Shown one piece after another: positions 45,796 through 58,580 of a stretch of DNA of 64,000 nucleotides. The stretch's first letter is position 1. The number at the start of each line of letters is the position of its first letter. This stretch comes from Veleropilina oligotropha (Eukaryota): NCBI GenBank assembly GCA_048128005.1, contig JBEUKZ010000071.1:248001-312000 (forward strand), in the 5' to 3' direction. The translations under genes and the position numbers were made by a program. Under the pieces are notes generated by a model. It made no database searches. It saw nothing but the letters and a program-made list of their open reading frames with translations, and was not told the DNA's origin.

Positions 45796-46925
45796 TTTTT
45801 TATCCCCCACAGCTTCCGAAGAAAAAAGCCGAAGGGGGATATAGGGATAGCCTCCGTCCGTCCCTCCGGTCACACTTTTGGTCGTTTTTGGATGAGGTAT
45901 TACATGCATTTAATGGATGAATAACTCGATCAAACTTATGCAGATGGAAAGTACACATGTTTAGGCTTTAGTTCGAACCAAAAACAAAAAGATTTTTATT
46001 TATTTTGTGAAAAAGAGCACTTTGAACATAGACATTTTTCGGTTCAAGTTTTTGGTTAAAGTTTTTTTTAGTGTATATCGATTGCTCAAGGCATATTTAA
46101 TCTTTAGTAATGGTTACATGGATGTGACCTGATACTCTGGCAATGATTCACATTATCATTTTATATAAATAATGCATGAAATTGATGTTTTTAAGACATA
46201 GAAATTTAATTCGTTTTCGGTTCAAGTTTTTCAAATAGTGCTTATAGATTGCTCATTGCACATTTTTGCATGCATATGCTTTGTTGGTGGCTATATTGGT
46301 GCTACCTGCTAGCCTGGAAGTGATATTGAACAAAATTTAATAGAAATAATTTGTGAAATTGGACCAGGTGTTTCCTTATAATATAGAAATGTTAGTTAAA
46401 TTTTGTAGGTTAAAGTTTTTGATGATTGCTTATAGGTTTAGTAAGGCACACTTTTAATGCATATACCTTGGTGTTGGTCATATTGACACTACCTGCTATC
46501 CTGGAAGTGATATTTAATAAAATTTAAAATAAATAATTGCTGTTTTTGGACCAAGAAATTTAGTAAACATTTTCGGTTGAAGATTTTCAATGTTTTTGCA
46601 AACATATGCATTATTGGTGCATGCTTCATAGTTGTTACCTGCTATTCTGACTGTTATATTGATTATAATTTAATTTAAATATGTGAAATTTTAGTTCGTT
46701 TTTTATTAAATGTTTTTCAGTGAGTGCATATGGGTTAGCTCTGTGATGCTACATGTTGCTCTGGCAGTGATGTTGCATTCAATTTAACACAAAAGCTGTG
46801 TATTTGGACATATAAATTTTGATTAATTTAACACAAATAATGTGTTACATTTGCGAGTTTGGACAAAGTTATTCAATTAGTGCATGTGTGCTGCTCAAGA
46901 ACCCGCTATATCGATAGCACTTGTT
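45796..46925 (+). mobile_element. HINE A' (insertion-free sister of 6807-11150)
   Basis: Same 5' end (tatccccc..ccgaagggggatata.ggatagcctccgtccg), collinear body and 3' gctatatcgatagcacttgtt. Confidence 0.85.
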
Positions 46926-46966
46926 AAAAATAAAACTAACCGCATTACACTTTTTGTTTATAACAT

Positions 46967-47749
46967 AACAAGAGGCCTATCGACCTATCTAGCTCCACTG
47001 GAAAGGGTTCATCAATCTAGTGAAACTTTAGAAATTTCGGCAGCACGAATGGATCAAGTAGGCATATACACTGACTGCTGACATGCTTCTAAATATGGAA
47101 CGTTTTTAGAGGAATGATCTAATCAACTAGAACTTTGCGCAGCACTTCGTCTTCCCCATGTAATAGTATATCGATATGCAGGCTAGCTGTCTTGACAGTC
47201 CAAATTCCGAATTTCAGCAAAACTCGGACGTACATTTTCTAATATTCACAGTATAAGTTAAACACATCATATGGAAGGCTCATGCCAATTAAAAAAATAA
47301 AATTATCAGACAATTTCGGAGTTATTCACATTTTAAGTCCAAACTTGATGCAGAAGTGGATTTTCTAAGTCCAAAAATGTACATTTCAGGAAAACTGCAA
47401 CGTAGAATTTTCTAAAAATTTCAGGATATGTTAAGAACATCATAAGGAAGACTCATGCCAAAGTAGAAAAAAAGTTATCAGACAGTTTTGAAGTTTTTCA
47501 CATTTGAAGTCAAAACTTGTCACGGAAGTGGTTTCTCCAAGTCCAAAAATGTAAATTTCAGAAAAACCGAGACATAGCATTTTCTAATACTTTCAGGGTA
47601 TATTCAGAACATCATAAAGAAGGCTCATGCCAAAGTAGAAAAAAGTTATCAGACAGTTTTGAAGATATTCACATTTCAAGTCAAAAGTTGACGCCGGACA
47701 AAGCAGTATCAGTAAAGCTCCGCTGACTACGTCATAGCGGAGCTAAAAA
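46967..47749 (-). mobile_element. HINE F
   Basis: Minus strand ttttagctccgct...agcggagct hairpin, ~173-bp repeats, 3' ggagcta subTIR + hairpin + tcttgtt. Confidence 0.8.
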
Positions 47750-48152
47750 TTTAGGAATTTTCAACACTCAACTTTTGCCAGTAATTTGCTAGCGTTTAAA
47801 TGAATCGCTAGTGAATATTTAAACGTGGTCCACTTTTAATAACCTCGCCCCGAGTGCATTTCCAATTGACCTAGTTGGAGCACAGTTGCGTAGGTTTCTG
47901 CTCGTCAAGTAAGATAGCTTTCTACTTAACAATAATATATATTGCCCAGTTACAATAATACTTTCAATAAAAGTCTATCATTTGATCATATAGCGATCAT
48001 ATCTTCACGAAATTTGTATCAATCTGCGCGAACCGTGCGATAGGTGATCAGTCATGCTACACAGTCACGAAAAAAGCACATTTATGAGCAATAGTCTCTT
48101 TAAACATCATGTATACAGACAGCATATAAACTTTGCGTATAGATATTGTTAA

Positions 48153-49132
48153 GGCATTTAACACCAGATATGATTTTGTTGTGATTTTGCAATGAACATC
48201 GTTACAACGCAATTCCTTTCAGGCACGACCCGACTGTATATCAACGATATATACAACGAATCATTCTATCTGGACGATTTTCGATGCGATATTGCATATT
48301 TAATATAAATAACAGAGTATTCCTTGCCAATTCCCAATTTTTGCCGACAGCAACACGAGGAATTGACAAAATGGTGCCATGCAGCAAAACCACCAAAGAG
48401 GATACCATCGTGCAAGTACAGCTGCATACTATCCTCTATAATAAATCCTTTCCAGGATATACGGATATAGAAACAAGAACGACGCGTTCGGATTATGTCT
48501 TGACCTTTGTCTGCTTGGACCGTCTGTTGTATATTAGTGTACGTTAAAGGTTCTTATACAATCTAACATATTCATACGATGTATTTACTTCAAACTCATG
48601 ATTTTCTGACAGATGACAATTTAATTATATGTCTTCAATAATTATGACGTCATAATTTTGTCACACTAAAATGACGTCATAGACGTCATAACTTGGCTTA
48701 GGCCAAGTTACCATAGCAATTATGCATTAAAATGCCTATAAAAATGATATTTTAAGAAATTTTGTAATGAAAGTTATATACACGACCTACAAATTACCTT
48801 GGGAATGCGTATGACAATTTTCAGGTTAATTGGTTCAGTAGTTTTCGAGAAAATCAGCGTATATATATATATAAGTATATACACACGGACCATTTGATAA
48901 TGTCTTGTCCTTTTTTGTCAAAAAGGTCAAGACATAAAAAGAAGTGTGGAGGGAAATTACAATTATATCTTACGCTTAGAACGTATCCAATCCGAATAAA
49001 ATACAGAATTTAGGATGCCTGCAGTCTGAACAGCCACAGAAACGTGACATTGGCACATAAACAGAAAATAAAATCGATTTGTCGCCAAGATTATCGTTAC
49101 GAAAATTTGAACGCATCTGGTGTGAAACGACC
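48153..49132. mobile_element. Possible old TIR element enclosing HINE G
   Basis: ttaa|ggcatttaacaccagat vs atctggtgtgaaacgacc|ttaa; imperfect TIR. Confidence 0.4.
48471..48940 (-). mobile_element. HINE G
   Basis: subTIR tatgtcttgacctt at both ends, aaacaagaac..gttc hairpin end, A-run at the other end. Confidence 0.78.
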
Positions 49133-49347
49133 TTAACTATATATTGTTACTACATATATAGACAGCGTTACTCAATATTACTACATGTATAGACAGGGTT
49201 AAAATACATGACAGACAGCGCTACTCTGTATATAATGCTGCGTTAAATATTGCTCGTGATGACAATAAATATGACCTACTACAAGTATATTGCATTTGAA
49301 CCGTTTTCCAGTTGGGTTCACAAGTCGTAACTCATAATTAATTTTCT

Positions 49348-49638
49348 TGCTCGAGATGGAGACCTTGAACTCAAAATGCTCGAGATGGAGACCTTGAACT
49401 CAAAATGCTCGAGATGGAGACCTTGAACTCAAAATGCTCGAGATGGAGACCTAGAACTCAAAATGCTCGAGATGGAGACCTAGAACTCAAAATGCTCGAG
49501 ATGGAGACCTAGAACTCAAAATGCTCGAGATGGAGACCTAGAACTCAAAATGCTCGAGATGGAGACCTAGAACTCAAAATGCTCGAGATGGAGACCTAGA
49601 ACTCAAAATGCTCGAAATGGAGACCTAGAACTCAAAAT
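49348..49638. repeat. 29-bp minisatellite, 10 copies
   Basis: tgctcgagatggagacctwgaactcaaaa. Confidence 0.96.
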
Positions 49639-50048
49639 GGCAGGATCAAGACAGTAAATGTTCCGTAAATATTGATTGTTACTATTAGTATAAGAAAGAA
49701 ATAAAACATGTTAAAATGTTACATCTTATGAAATCAATGTCTTTTATCAATAGTGTGTATGTATTGCTGCATGTTTCTGCTAAACATAAGATGAACATTT
49801 TGGAATCCTAATTTATTGATGATAAAATAATGTTAAAAACCCTGTCACAATTTGGTCAGTCAACTTATTTTGAATGCATAAGTTTGCAGTCGACTCTGTT
49901 GTGGTCATTGGTTTGTTTTTCATTTGTTCCGAACACTCAACTTGTGGTAAACAAGAGCGGTATCAAATAGAACATATAGACAACGATACTCCATGTTTAT
50001 TGGTACATTTATAGACAGCTTAATGAGTTACTCTACGTTGGGTTGACA

Positions 50049-50226
50049 TTAGGAGAACCAGTCCCAGTCGGCCATGGAGTTGAACATGGCGAACGCGGCG
50101 GCACTGATCACGGCGCTGAGAGTCCAGATCGTGACCCGCATCAGGATGGACCGCTCCGCAGGAGGCCGAGCGGCCGACTTCTTCTGCTTCAAGTAGTTCT
50201 GCTTGGCAGCGTTCAACAAGGCCGCA
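50049..50226 (-). CDS. TBC1D20: TBC1 domain family member 20, terminal coding exon with C-terminal transmembrane anchor
   Basis: ttttctccag| acceptor, phase 2 matches the upstream exon; hydrophobic VTIWTLSAVISAAAFAMF near the stop, as expected for tail-anchored TBC1D20. Confidence 0.72.
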
Positions 50227-51833
50227 CTGGAGAAAAATAGTAATAGATTATTCATTATGAAAACAGGGCTCTAGATACCAATAGATGGTGAACAGGTGTA
50301 TTTATGCCTGCAAAAATATGGAACATGCCCACTCATTTCAAATCTAGATGTGCATTTATGCTCATTTTTAAGAAATTGGTTGTATACAGCACATTCTTTA
50401 TTGAAGATTCGCGATTCACAAAGGAGAGAATCCACCAATTTTGTTATCGAGTGAAGTTGGCGAAAGAAGCGTGGTGATAACCAAGTTGTTCACAGGGGAC
50501 ACTGATATGTGATAAACATTTACTACCTTACTTATTGACATATATAGGAGAGTAATGTAAAATTGTTTACTTGCTTTAGAGCTTGTAAACAATTTTACAT
50601 TATGTCATCACTTGGAACCAACTATAGAAATGTGTCTACCGACACTGCAGATGCCCCCGATATATGTTCAAGTCATTGATGCTTCATCACTATATCTGTT
50701 CATAAACATTATAAAAGGAAAAAGATGATGTTGTTTTTAGCTCGTCTGTTTGTGAAAACATAAAGAGCTATTGTCACCACTCCGGCGTCGGCGTCGTCGG
50801 CGTCGGCCGGATTTGGTTAACCTTTGCGTTTGAGTCAGTTTTTCAGCAACTACTGGGCCTAGGTCTACCAAACTTGGCTATCACTTACTCATTGGGTGCC
50901 TCACCACAATCCACCCACTATGCTTGAATGACTTAGTAATTTTATGCTTAATTTGTGCCCTCAAATGCTGGTTAACCTTTGCGTTCGAGTCAGTTTTTCA
51001 GCAACTGCTGGGCCTATGTCTACCAAACTTGGCTATCACTTACTCCTTGTGTGTGTCACCCCAAACCACCCACCCATGCACATCCTTGACCTACTTTTTA
51101 TGCTTGAATGACTTAGTAATTTTACGTTTAATTTGTGCCCTGAAATGCCGGTTAACCTTTGCGTTCAAGTCAGTTTTTCAGCAACTGCTGGGCCTAGGTC
51201 TACCAAACTTGGCTATCACTTACTCCTTGGGTGCCTCACCCCAAACCACCCACCCATGCACGTCCTTTACCTACTTTTTATACCTGAATGACTTAGTAAT
51301 TTTACGCTTAATTTGTGCCCTGAAATGCCGGTTAACTATGACTACACACTATAGCAGGTATTCTGAAAAGTTTGATTAACGGTATGCCTTGAAGTATTGA
51401 GGATGACGAATTAGCATTCTTTCTATGATTAGAAATGTAATTTTTTGGAAGAGTAAATTTATTTCTGTTGTTTACTTATGTAATATTATATGTGTACGAT
51501 GAAAGGGACATGTGCTTATCTGTAAGACTTGCTCACTGCCAATAGGCACAGTAAGCTGTTAAGCTTAATGGTCACTCTGTGAAGCTGGGATTATCAAAAT
51601 CAGATGGATTGATTGGATTTTGATAACTGGCTTCCCCATTGGTTTATTCCATGGGTATCTTGAAATGGCAGTATATATTACCATTACAAGAACAGACTGT
51701 ATCCAGTGTCTAATATCACTCTCTATTTAAGTCTCCTCTACTGATCAGGGTTAAAATTATTGTATGATATGATATTGTATGATAAATATATAAAAATGCT
51801 CGACTAACACAAATAAATCTGAAGATTCTTCAT

Positions 51834-53186
51834 GTGTATGCTTTGGATATTGGATATAACCTATATTTCATTGCTGTTGGGGACATTTCGCCAGAAGTGA
51901 AACAAAAAGTTCTCTGTAGTGTTCCATCAGACGTCAACAAGACAATGGGCCTCTGCAAACATCTGAAAATTAGTGTCGGTGCCAGGGTAGAATTGTCTAC
52001 AAATGTTGATGTAAATGACGGTCTTGCAAATGGTGCATCAGGCATAGTAATGGGACTAAGTCGACCTGGAGGATCCAACAAGACTTCTATTATATGGATA
52101 GAATTTGAATCAACTTCCATTGGATTACGCTTAAGACAGTCATCATGTCATTTGTATACAAAGGAAATTTCTAAAGACTGGACACCAATTTCAGAAATTA
52201 AGAGACAGTTTAATGTTGGTCGATATAAATGTGCGGAAATTCTTCGAACACAATTTCCTCTTCGAGCAGCAGCAGCCAAAACAATTCACCGTAGTCAAGG
52301 GGACTCCATGGAATCAGCAGTTTGTGACTTTTCAGGTCGATCCTTTTGTCATTCTCACTATGTAGCGTTGAGCAGGGTTAGATCAATGGAGAACTTGTTC
52401 ATTCTCACCTTGAATGAAGACACTGTGAATGTCAGCCAGGAGGTAAGAATGGAAATGAAAAGACTTGATGAACAAAGACTACTGGTTCCATTACTCCAGT
52501 ACCCTGCAGATTTCAGTACAGTCAATTTCAGTGTGTTATATAACAATGTTCGTTCACTACATGCCCACATTGAGGATGTTAAATGTGATCCGAATCTCAC
52601 TCATTCAGATATTATGATCTTCTCAGAAACAAAACTTTCTGCTACAGATACTGATGAAAGCCTGCTGTTACCAGGGTATCACATGTACCGTTTTGATCAC
52701 CAGCTTAATACTGTCGCACGTTCGGCATACGGAATATCTGTCTATTCAAAAATGATCATTAATGAAGATCATGTTCGTTGTGTTAGGCAAGTGAACTCAC
52801 TTGGTGCTATGGAAGTCGTTATATTAACAGTGGAACCGCCTTGTTTTGGTGGCAGGACTCTTCGTGTATGTGGTGCATATATGTCACCAAGGATAACATT
52901 GAAGGCTATGAAACTGTTTCTGTTTCCAATTTTGACACGTCTGGCTGGAGAATCTGTGATAATTCTGGGAGATTTCAACATCGATCTTTTGAAACCTTCA
53001 TGCGTGCAACTTACTGAAATAATGAAGGATTATCGTCAATGTGTTACTGATCCTACAACAGACTACCAGTCTCTTTTGGACCATGTCTACACAAATATTC
53101 CTGATCTGGATCTCCAATGTGGGGTGTTTGACAGTTACTTTTCCGATCACAAACCTGTGTGGGCAATCTTAGGCAATGTAGAGTAA
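51834..53186 (+). CDS. Helentron PIF1-like helicase C-terminal half fused to APE-type endonuclease (partial)
   Basis: NVDVNDGLANG, RTQFPLRAAAAKTIHRSQG, YVALSRVRS (PIF1); NVRSL, SETK, ILGDFN, LDHVY, SDHKPV (APE). Confidence 0.92.
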   Translation: MYALDIGYNLYFIAVGDISPEVKQKVLCSVPSDVNKTMGLCKHLKISVGARVELSTNVDVNDGLANGASGIVMGLSRPGGSNKTSIIWIEFESTSIGLRLRQSSCHLYTKEISKDWTPISEIKRQFNVGRYKCAEILRTQFPLRAAAAKTIHRSQGDSMESAVCDFSGRSFCHSHYVALSRVRSMENLFILTLNEDTVNVSQEVRMEMKRLDEQRLLVPLLQYPADFSTVNFSVLYNNVRSLHAHIEDVKCDPNLTHSDIMIFSETKLSATDTDESLLLPGYHMYRFDHQLNTVARSAYGISVYSKMIINEDHVRCVRQVNSLGAMEVVILTVEPPCFGGRTLRVCGAYMSPRITLKAMKLFLFPILTRLAGESVIILGDFNIDLLKPSCVQLTEIMKDYRQCVTDPTTDYQSLLDHVYTNIPDLDLQCGVFDSYFSDHKPVWAILGNVE

Positions 53187-53267
53187 GCTGAAAAGGAAAT
53201 CATTTAACATTACATTTGAACCATATGTAATGGTTTATTTTGTACGTGTGTGTAGCCTTGAAACTAG

Positions 53268-53785
53268 TATTACTACTCCTCATGGAAACATCTCGCATTT
53301 TCATTGGTCAACGTCACTTTTTATCGGACCGCAAGGGATCCCGTAAATCACGATACTGGACAGGCAATCACAATTATCTCCCTTGAGTTGTCGTCTGCTA
53401 TAAAGTAACCAGAAACAATGGCGAAGTGCTCCCGCGATAACTCCACTGATGAAATCAGTTCCAAAAGAAGTAAGGTAATGTAACACTGCCATTGATTATT
53501 ATTACCTTTTAATGTTTGATTACTAGATTACCAATTGAAACGATTATTTCATAGGTGGGGTTGTTAATTGTTTTACAAATATTATAACGTCTTCCTTGTA
53601 ATTTTTAAAGGCCATTCGAAGTAGTAAATTCGTTACAGGGTTTGTTGCTGACCCAGTATCGGTGGATACAGGTCAGTCAAGTTGTTACCTAGCTAGCCTC
53701 GGCTTCGCCTCGACCAGGTATCAACTTAACTGACCTGTATTAACCGATAGCGGGTCAGCAACAAACCCTGTAACTTATATTACTA
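53268..53785. mobile_element. Non-autonomous element with 143-bp subterminal palindrome (Crypton-like?)
   Basis: Fold-back 53632-53774 with cctcggcttcgcctcg centre; 8-bp direct repeat tattacta at 53268 and 53778; no TIR. Confidence 0.45.
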
Positions 53786-53867
53786 GAACTAAGGGAAGTA
53801 AAATGTACATAGTTACAGGTATGCAAATGATGTAGAACAATATACATGTAGATGTATTCACTTCATA

Positions 53868-54100
53868 ATTATACCGCCGGCATATGAAGTATGTCGAGGG
53901 GTATATATTTTTCGTTCGTCTGTCCGTCCGTCCGTCCGTCCATCCATCCATCCGTCCGTCCGTAACATTTTGCGTTAAAGTTTTTAAGTAGCTTATAACT
54001 CTGCAACCCCTCCGATTGACATGAAAATTCATTTGCACAATTATAATCATACAAATATACATTGTAGGTCTGTCATAGTATCCATTTGTTAAGTCCATTT
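53868..54100 (+). mobile_element. 5' fragment of another HINE nested in the Helentron
   Basis: ttataccgcc...ggggtata inverted pair followed by (gtcc/atcc)n. Confidence 0.65.
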
Positions 54101-55259
54101 TCTCACTATCAGATGATGTCTTAAATGTGGTCCCGTTTATCGGAGCACTTTTTTATTTGTTATTTAACTTCCCTGCCTGTACCTTGCTGACCAATCAATG
54201 TCAGATGAGGTTGTGGTGGTCATTCGCAATATAAACTGACACATATTTTGTTTGCAGGTTATTTATTATTCTGTATGTACCTAGATGTAAATGTTGTAGG
54301 GTTGCGGTGGTCATTCGCAATATAAACTGACACATATTTTGTTTCCAGGTTATTTATTATTCTGTATGTACCTAGATGTAAATATTGTAGGGTTAAGTAG
54401 CCATTGTCATAGTAGAGGACTAAAGTGGCATTGGCCTTAGAAGTGCTTTTACTGGCGTGGTATTTAGGTACCTGGTTCCAGATCACAAAATCTTAAATTC
54501 AGGCAGTACAGGTTAGTGCTGATTCTACCCAGTCTGTGACCCATCTCAATAACGCAACTATGTTTCAAGGTAATAAACTCAGTCCATCAACATAATTGTC
54601 CACAGTAACTCATGCTTGACAATACAGTTGTCTAAACGGAGAATTGGGCCAAGTGAGGTAAGACCACCTACAACAAGTTATTGTAAATTCAGAGAAGAGT
54701 TTGCAATTTCTCACGAATACATGACTGTATATTGCAGTCTCTAAATGGCTTCAGATACATGTCACTGAATCATAAACCACCAGTTCTTCATCCTCGAGAA
54801 GATGACATGCAACATACATTGTTATACTTTCCCGGACACCAGCAGATGCAAGATATTCAGGATGGTTTTGCTTTTATTTCACATTTAATATTAACAGGGC
54901 TGATTCATGTTTTATAGCTACACATTTTGGAGGTCAAATAACAGACGAGCGTTTGCATCGTTTTGCGGTGCTCTTGTTCTATCATTCTGTTGAGCGTAAG
55001 TATACAGTGCACAAAGCATTGCACAGGCATTCCAAAAATTGTGAAGCCTTGTTAATTAAATAAAGATGCTGATTCCGCTTCGTTACTAAATTTACATACG
55101 ACAGAAAACTACAAATGGGATATTGTGCGTATTTATCCCATACTCATTTGATGATTCACAAGTTAAAATGCATCATTAAGTATTACAACTATTAGATAAT
55201 AGTTTCAATCACAGCATAATTTTAGCGTGAATGGCTGCATTGGAAGCCATTGCATATAA

Positions 55260-56178
55260 CGGGAAGTTCCACCTGAATGTAAATGTGGGGGGGGGAAGGG
55301 GCGAGAAATTGAGGGGGGTAAAGTGTGGGGGGAGGTGGGTACAAAATGGGGTGGGGGGGTGGGTGCAAAATGGGGGAGAGGGGGGCAAGAAATGGGGGGA
55401 TAAAGTTGGGGGGAAGGGGGGGTAAAGTATGGGTAAAGGGATTTTATCAAAATCACCCGTTTACAGTACCTGCTAGTACTTATATATAATAGCTTATGAA
55501 GTTTGAAGAAGTTGGCTATCAACTAACATCGAAAAAGGTAGGCGAGTTCTTATAGCATGAGATCAGATATGAAGTTCCAGAGATTATGTTCTAAAACGTA
55601 AAAAAATGTGGTAAAAATAAAAAATTTCATTCAATATTCGAACTCATGATAGTTCATACATATACCTAAAATAGCTTATCAAGTTTGAATGAGATGGCTC
55701 TTGATTAACATACAAAAATAGGTAGGCTCTTGATTAACATAAAAAAAATAGGTAAGTTTCTTATATTATGAGATAAGAAATGTAGCACCAGAGACTATGT
55801 CCAAAAACGTGAAAGATGTGGTAAAAATACATGTTTTCATTCAATATTCAAACTCATGATAGTTCATACTTATATATAATAGCATATGAAGTTTGAAGAA
55901 GGTGGCTATTGATTAACATAAAAAAGATAGGCGCGTTTCTTATAGCATGGGATCATAAATGAAGCTCTAGAGAATATGTTCAAAAATGTAGTAAAAATTA
56001 AATATTTTCATTCAACATTCGAACTCATGATAGTTCACACTTATATCTAATAGCATATTAAGTTTGAAGAAGATCGCTCATGATTAACATTGAAAAAGAT
56101 AGGTGAGTTCAATCTGTTACGGACGGACCAAAAGCATAATTCCCCCTGGCCGACTAAAGTCGAGCCGGGGGCATAATA
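55260..56178 (-). mobile_element. HINE H with G-rich tract and ~170-210-bp repeats
   Basis: Minus-strand start ttatgcccccggc..gccaggggg + gtccgtccgt; tandem units containing gaactcatgatagttca; far end not resolved. Confidence 0.65.
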
Positions 56179-56246
56179 ACAACATCTCAACTATAGAATA
56201 GTACTCATGAGCTATTAGTTTAAGTATATGACTTATGAGTGTATGT

Positions 56247-56330
56247 AACTGACCTATTTCTGAAGTTCATGATAGTCTCGTTGGCCAGCTCTTTGGGTGG
56301 GTTTTGGAGCTACAGATGCCGGGTTTACTG
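56247..56330 (-). pseudogene. Degenerate partial duplicate of the TBC1D20 exon incl. donor site
   Basis: Collinear with 57047-57135, with substitutions and a 1-bp deletion. Confidence 0.8.
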
Positions 56331-56477
56331 ATTAATAACAATAATGTGATCGATTTATCTGCGCTTCCTCACACATGCATGCATGCTCGAAGCGCTTACA
56401 TTATTATTCCCTGGTTATTGGCCTGTTCATTCCATACTCTTTCTCAGCTCTTTCTGCGAGTATTACGGTCAAGTACA

Positions 56478-56800
56478 TAATAATAATACTCCGGTCTTAT
56501 ATAGCGCATTATTACGCTAGTGTCTCAATGCGCTGAACATTATTATCCCTGGTTATGGGCCCGTTCAACTCGATATGCCATCTCAACTCCCTCTGGGAGC
56601 ATTACAGTCATTTACATGCGGGTAGCGCCGTGACTTACATAACTGCCAACCAGGTAGGCCTACCCATTAAGATCGGCTGGGTGGACCGAGGCAAATATAT
56701 GCTTATTTCCTTGCCCAAGTGAAATCCCCGAGCTTTTGGGGCAAACTCGAGACACTGTGACCAGAGTCCTGTGAACAACCCACTGAGCCACGACGGCACA
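56478..56800 (-). mobile_element. Full-length CORE/Nin-like SINE
   Basis: Reverse complement of the 34726-35057 family. Confidence 0.85.
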
Positions 56801-56842
56801 TGCCTGCTAGGCACATGACCTGTCATTCTGACAATTCTGTCA

Positions 56843-56998
56843 TTGCCAACCAGGTACCCAGTTGGATCTCAGATCGGCTGGGTGAACCGAGGCACCTATA
56901 TGCTTAATTCCTTGCCCAAGGAAAATCGCCGGGATCGGGAATTGAACCCCAAACCCCTCGACGAGAGGCGAGTGCACTACCACTGAGCCACGGCAGCA
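56843..56998 (-). mobile_element. 5' half of a related tRNA SINE
   Basis: Minus strand GCTGCCGTGGCTCAGTGGTAG...GGTTCAATTCCC (A/B boxes) + ccttgggcaag core. Its 3' half may be 56335-56470, split by the SINE above. Confidence 0.75.
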
Positions 56999-57056
56999 TA
57001 TGGGTTAGGCTAAGCATATTAAGTATAACTGACTAAGCATATTAAGTATAACTGAC

Positions 57057-57241
57057 CTCTTTTGGAAGGTCATGACAGCCTCGTTCGCCAGCTCTTTGGG
57101 TGGGTATTGCAGGTACAGATCGCCGGCTTTACTGACTAGATGTTCGAAGGGGAGATCATCTGGAATCTTTGAGAGAAGACTATGAACAAAACACATCTCG
57201 CATTCGGTCGCAAGAATTTCTTTTTCACGGTGCAAGACAAT
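57057..57241 (-). CDS. TBC1D20: TBC1D20 exon (IVLHREKEILATECEMCFVHSLLSKIPDDLPFEHLVSKAGDLYLQYPPKELANEAVMTFQK)
   Basis: ttttag|...ag|gtcagt; closely matches recalled TBC1D20 IVLYREQEVLDCDCDMASVHHLLSQIPQDLPYETLISRAGDLFVQFPP. Confidence 0.9.
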
Positions 57242-57879
57242 CTAAAAGAGAAATCGAAGTGGTCCAAGAAATGTAGGACAGACAGGGTGCAGAAGTTAGA
57301 AACTGAATTAAATATGGAAAAAGCGTAGGATTATGAAATGTTTGTAGATGCATTATATTTTCAATATTCCTGCTTGAAACCCACACAAACTATATACCAA
57401 ATGAAAGATAATTGAATGATCTACAATGTAATGTGATGTCATATATGCATTTATGAATCACAATTTTATAGGGTGCTTCATAAATAACAATTAAAAAATA
57501 AATATATATATATATTGCATATTTACAAAGAGCACGTGGAACATTATAAGGTCATAATGATCAAACTTATCCATGAATTGAATTATGTAAAAAAATCTAG
57601 GGTGTAAAACAATTATTTCCATTTTTACTGTTGAATTACAAAAACAACATTTCCCAAAAAATATTGATGTCAAGGGGGTGGGGGTGGGGGTGCAGTACTC
57701 TGGAATTTGGCTTAGACTCCTTACATGGGCTGAATAATGAAATTACGGAAACATTTGGATCATTCAGAATATGTACATTAGTCGATGTGTGCGTATGCGC
57801 TTATGTGGGTGGGTGATGTTGGAGGTGGGGTCATGCACATTTGTGTTGTTGCCTGTATGTGTGCAGTGGTACAGTTGTG

Positions 57880-58108
57880 GATTACGAAAATCACTGACTT
57901 GATTCCGCTGACGTGAACAGTAGTGGGTTCGACCACCGCCTGAGGCATCACACATTTGTTCAAGTTATGAATCACAGTTGTCCGTGACTGGTCGAAGAGG
58001 GCGGGTTTACCCGGGCGACCGGGCTTTCCTCCCATGATAATACGGACATATCCTGGTTTGAACCATATGGTTGGAAATATACAGGACATTAAGCATCGAT
58101 CCTTTCCT
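57880..58108 (+). mobile_element. V-like tRNA SINE copy
   Basis: cttgattccgct..gaacagtagtgggttcga, gaagagggcgggtttacccgggcgacc, aatatacaggacattaagcatc. Confidence 0.82.
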
Positions 58109-58580
58109 TTTGTATGTGCATATATATTTTGCAGTAAATAGTCACAAGCAATAATATGACTAATTTAGAAGTTATAATTATTATTGCCTTGATGGGAAAA
58201 TGTCAAGCTGGGTCACACTAAATGCATTTACATAGCCATAACGTCATGCAAACGAGGCCAAGTGCACCAATGCAAAAACAGCTATATCAGTGTCCAATCA
58301 AATGTTATATGCAATTAGCAGTTCACAATTACCAAATACATGTATTTTATATCATAAAATATTTTTCATATTCTGTGTTATCGAATTATTCATTTATATT
58401 CGCTGATAAACAACATCGACACGATACTAGTATCAGCTGTTCTGACATTGGATGTAGGTGAGGGGGCGTGGCTACAAGGCCCTGTCCTTCCAAGAGCTTG
58501 TCATGTTGTGTTGACCTATTTCATCGACACATGGCAGTGTTCTTCATGCTGTGACGTTATTTTACTGCTTTTCACGGACA

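Larger units (their letters stand above)
50734..54979 (+). mobile_element. Internally deleted Helentron (Helitron2 group)
   Basis: subTIR gctcgtctgtt (50740-50750) / aacagacgagc (54940-54950), (cggcgt)n, 180-bp repeats, helicase-endonuclease ORF, 3' hairpin gcatcg..cggtgc + tcttgtt. Confidence 0.87.
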
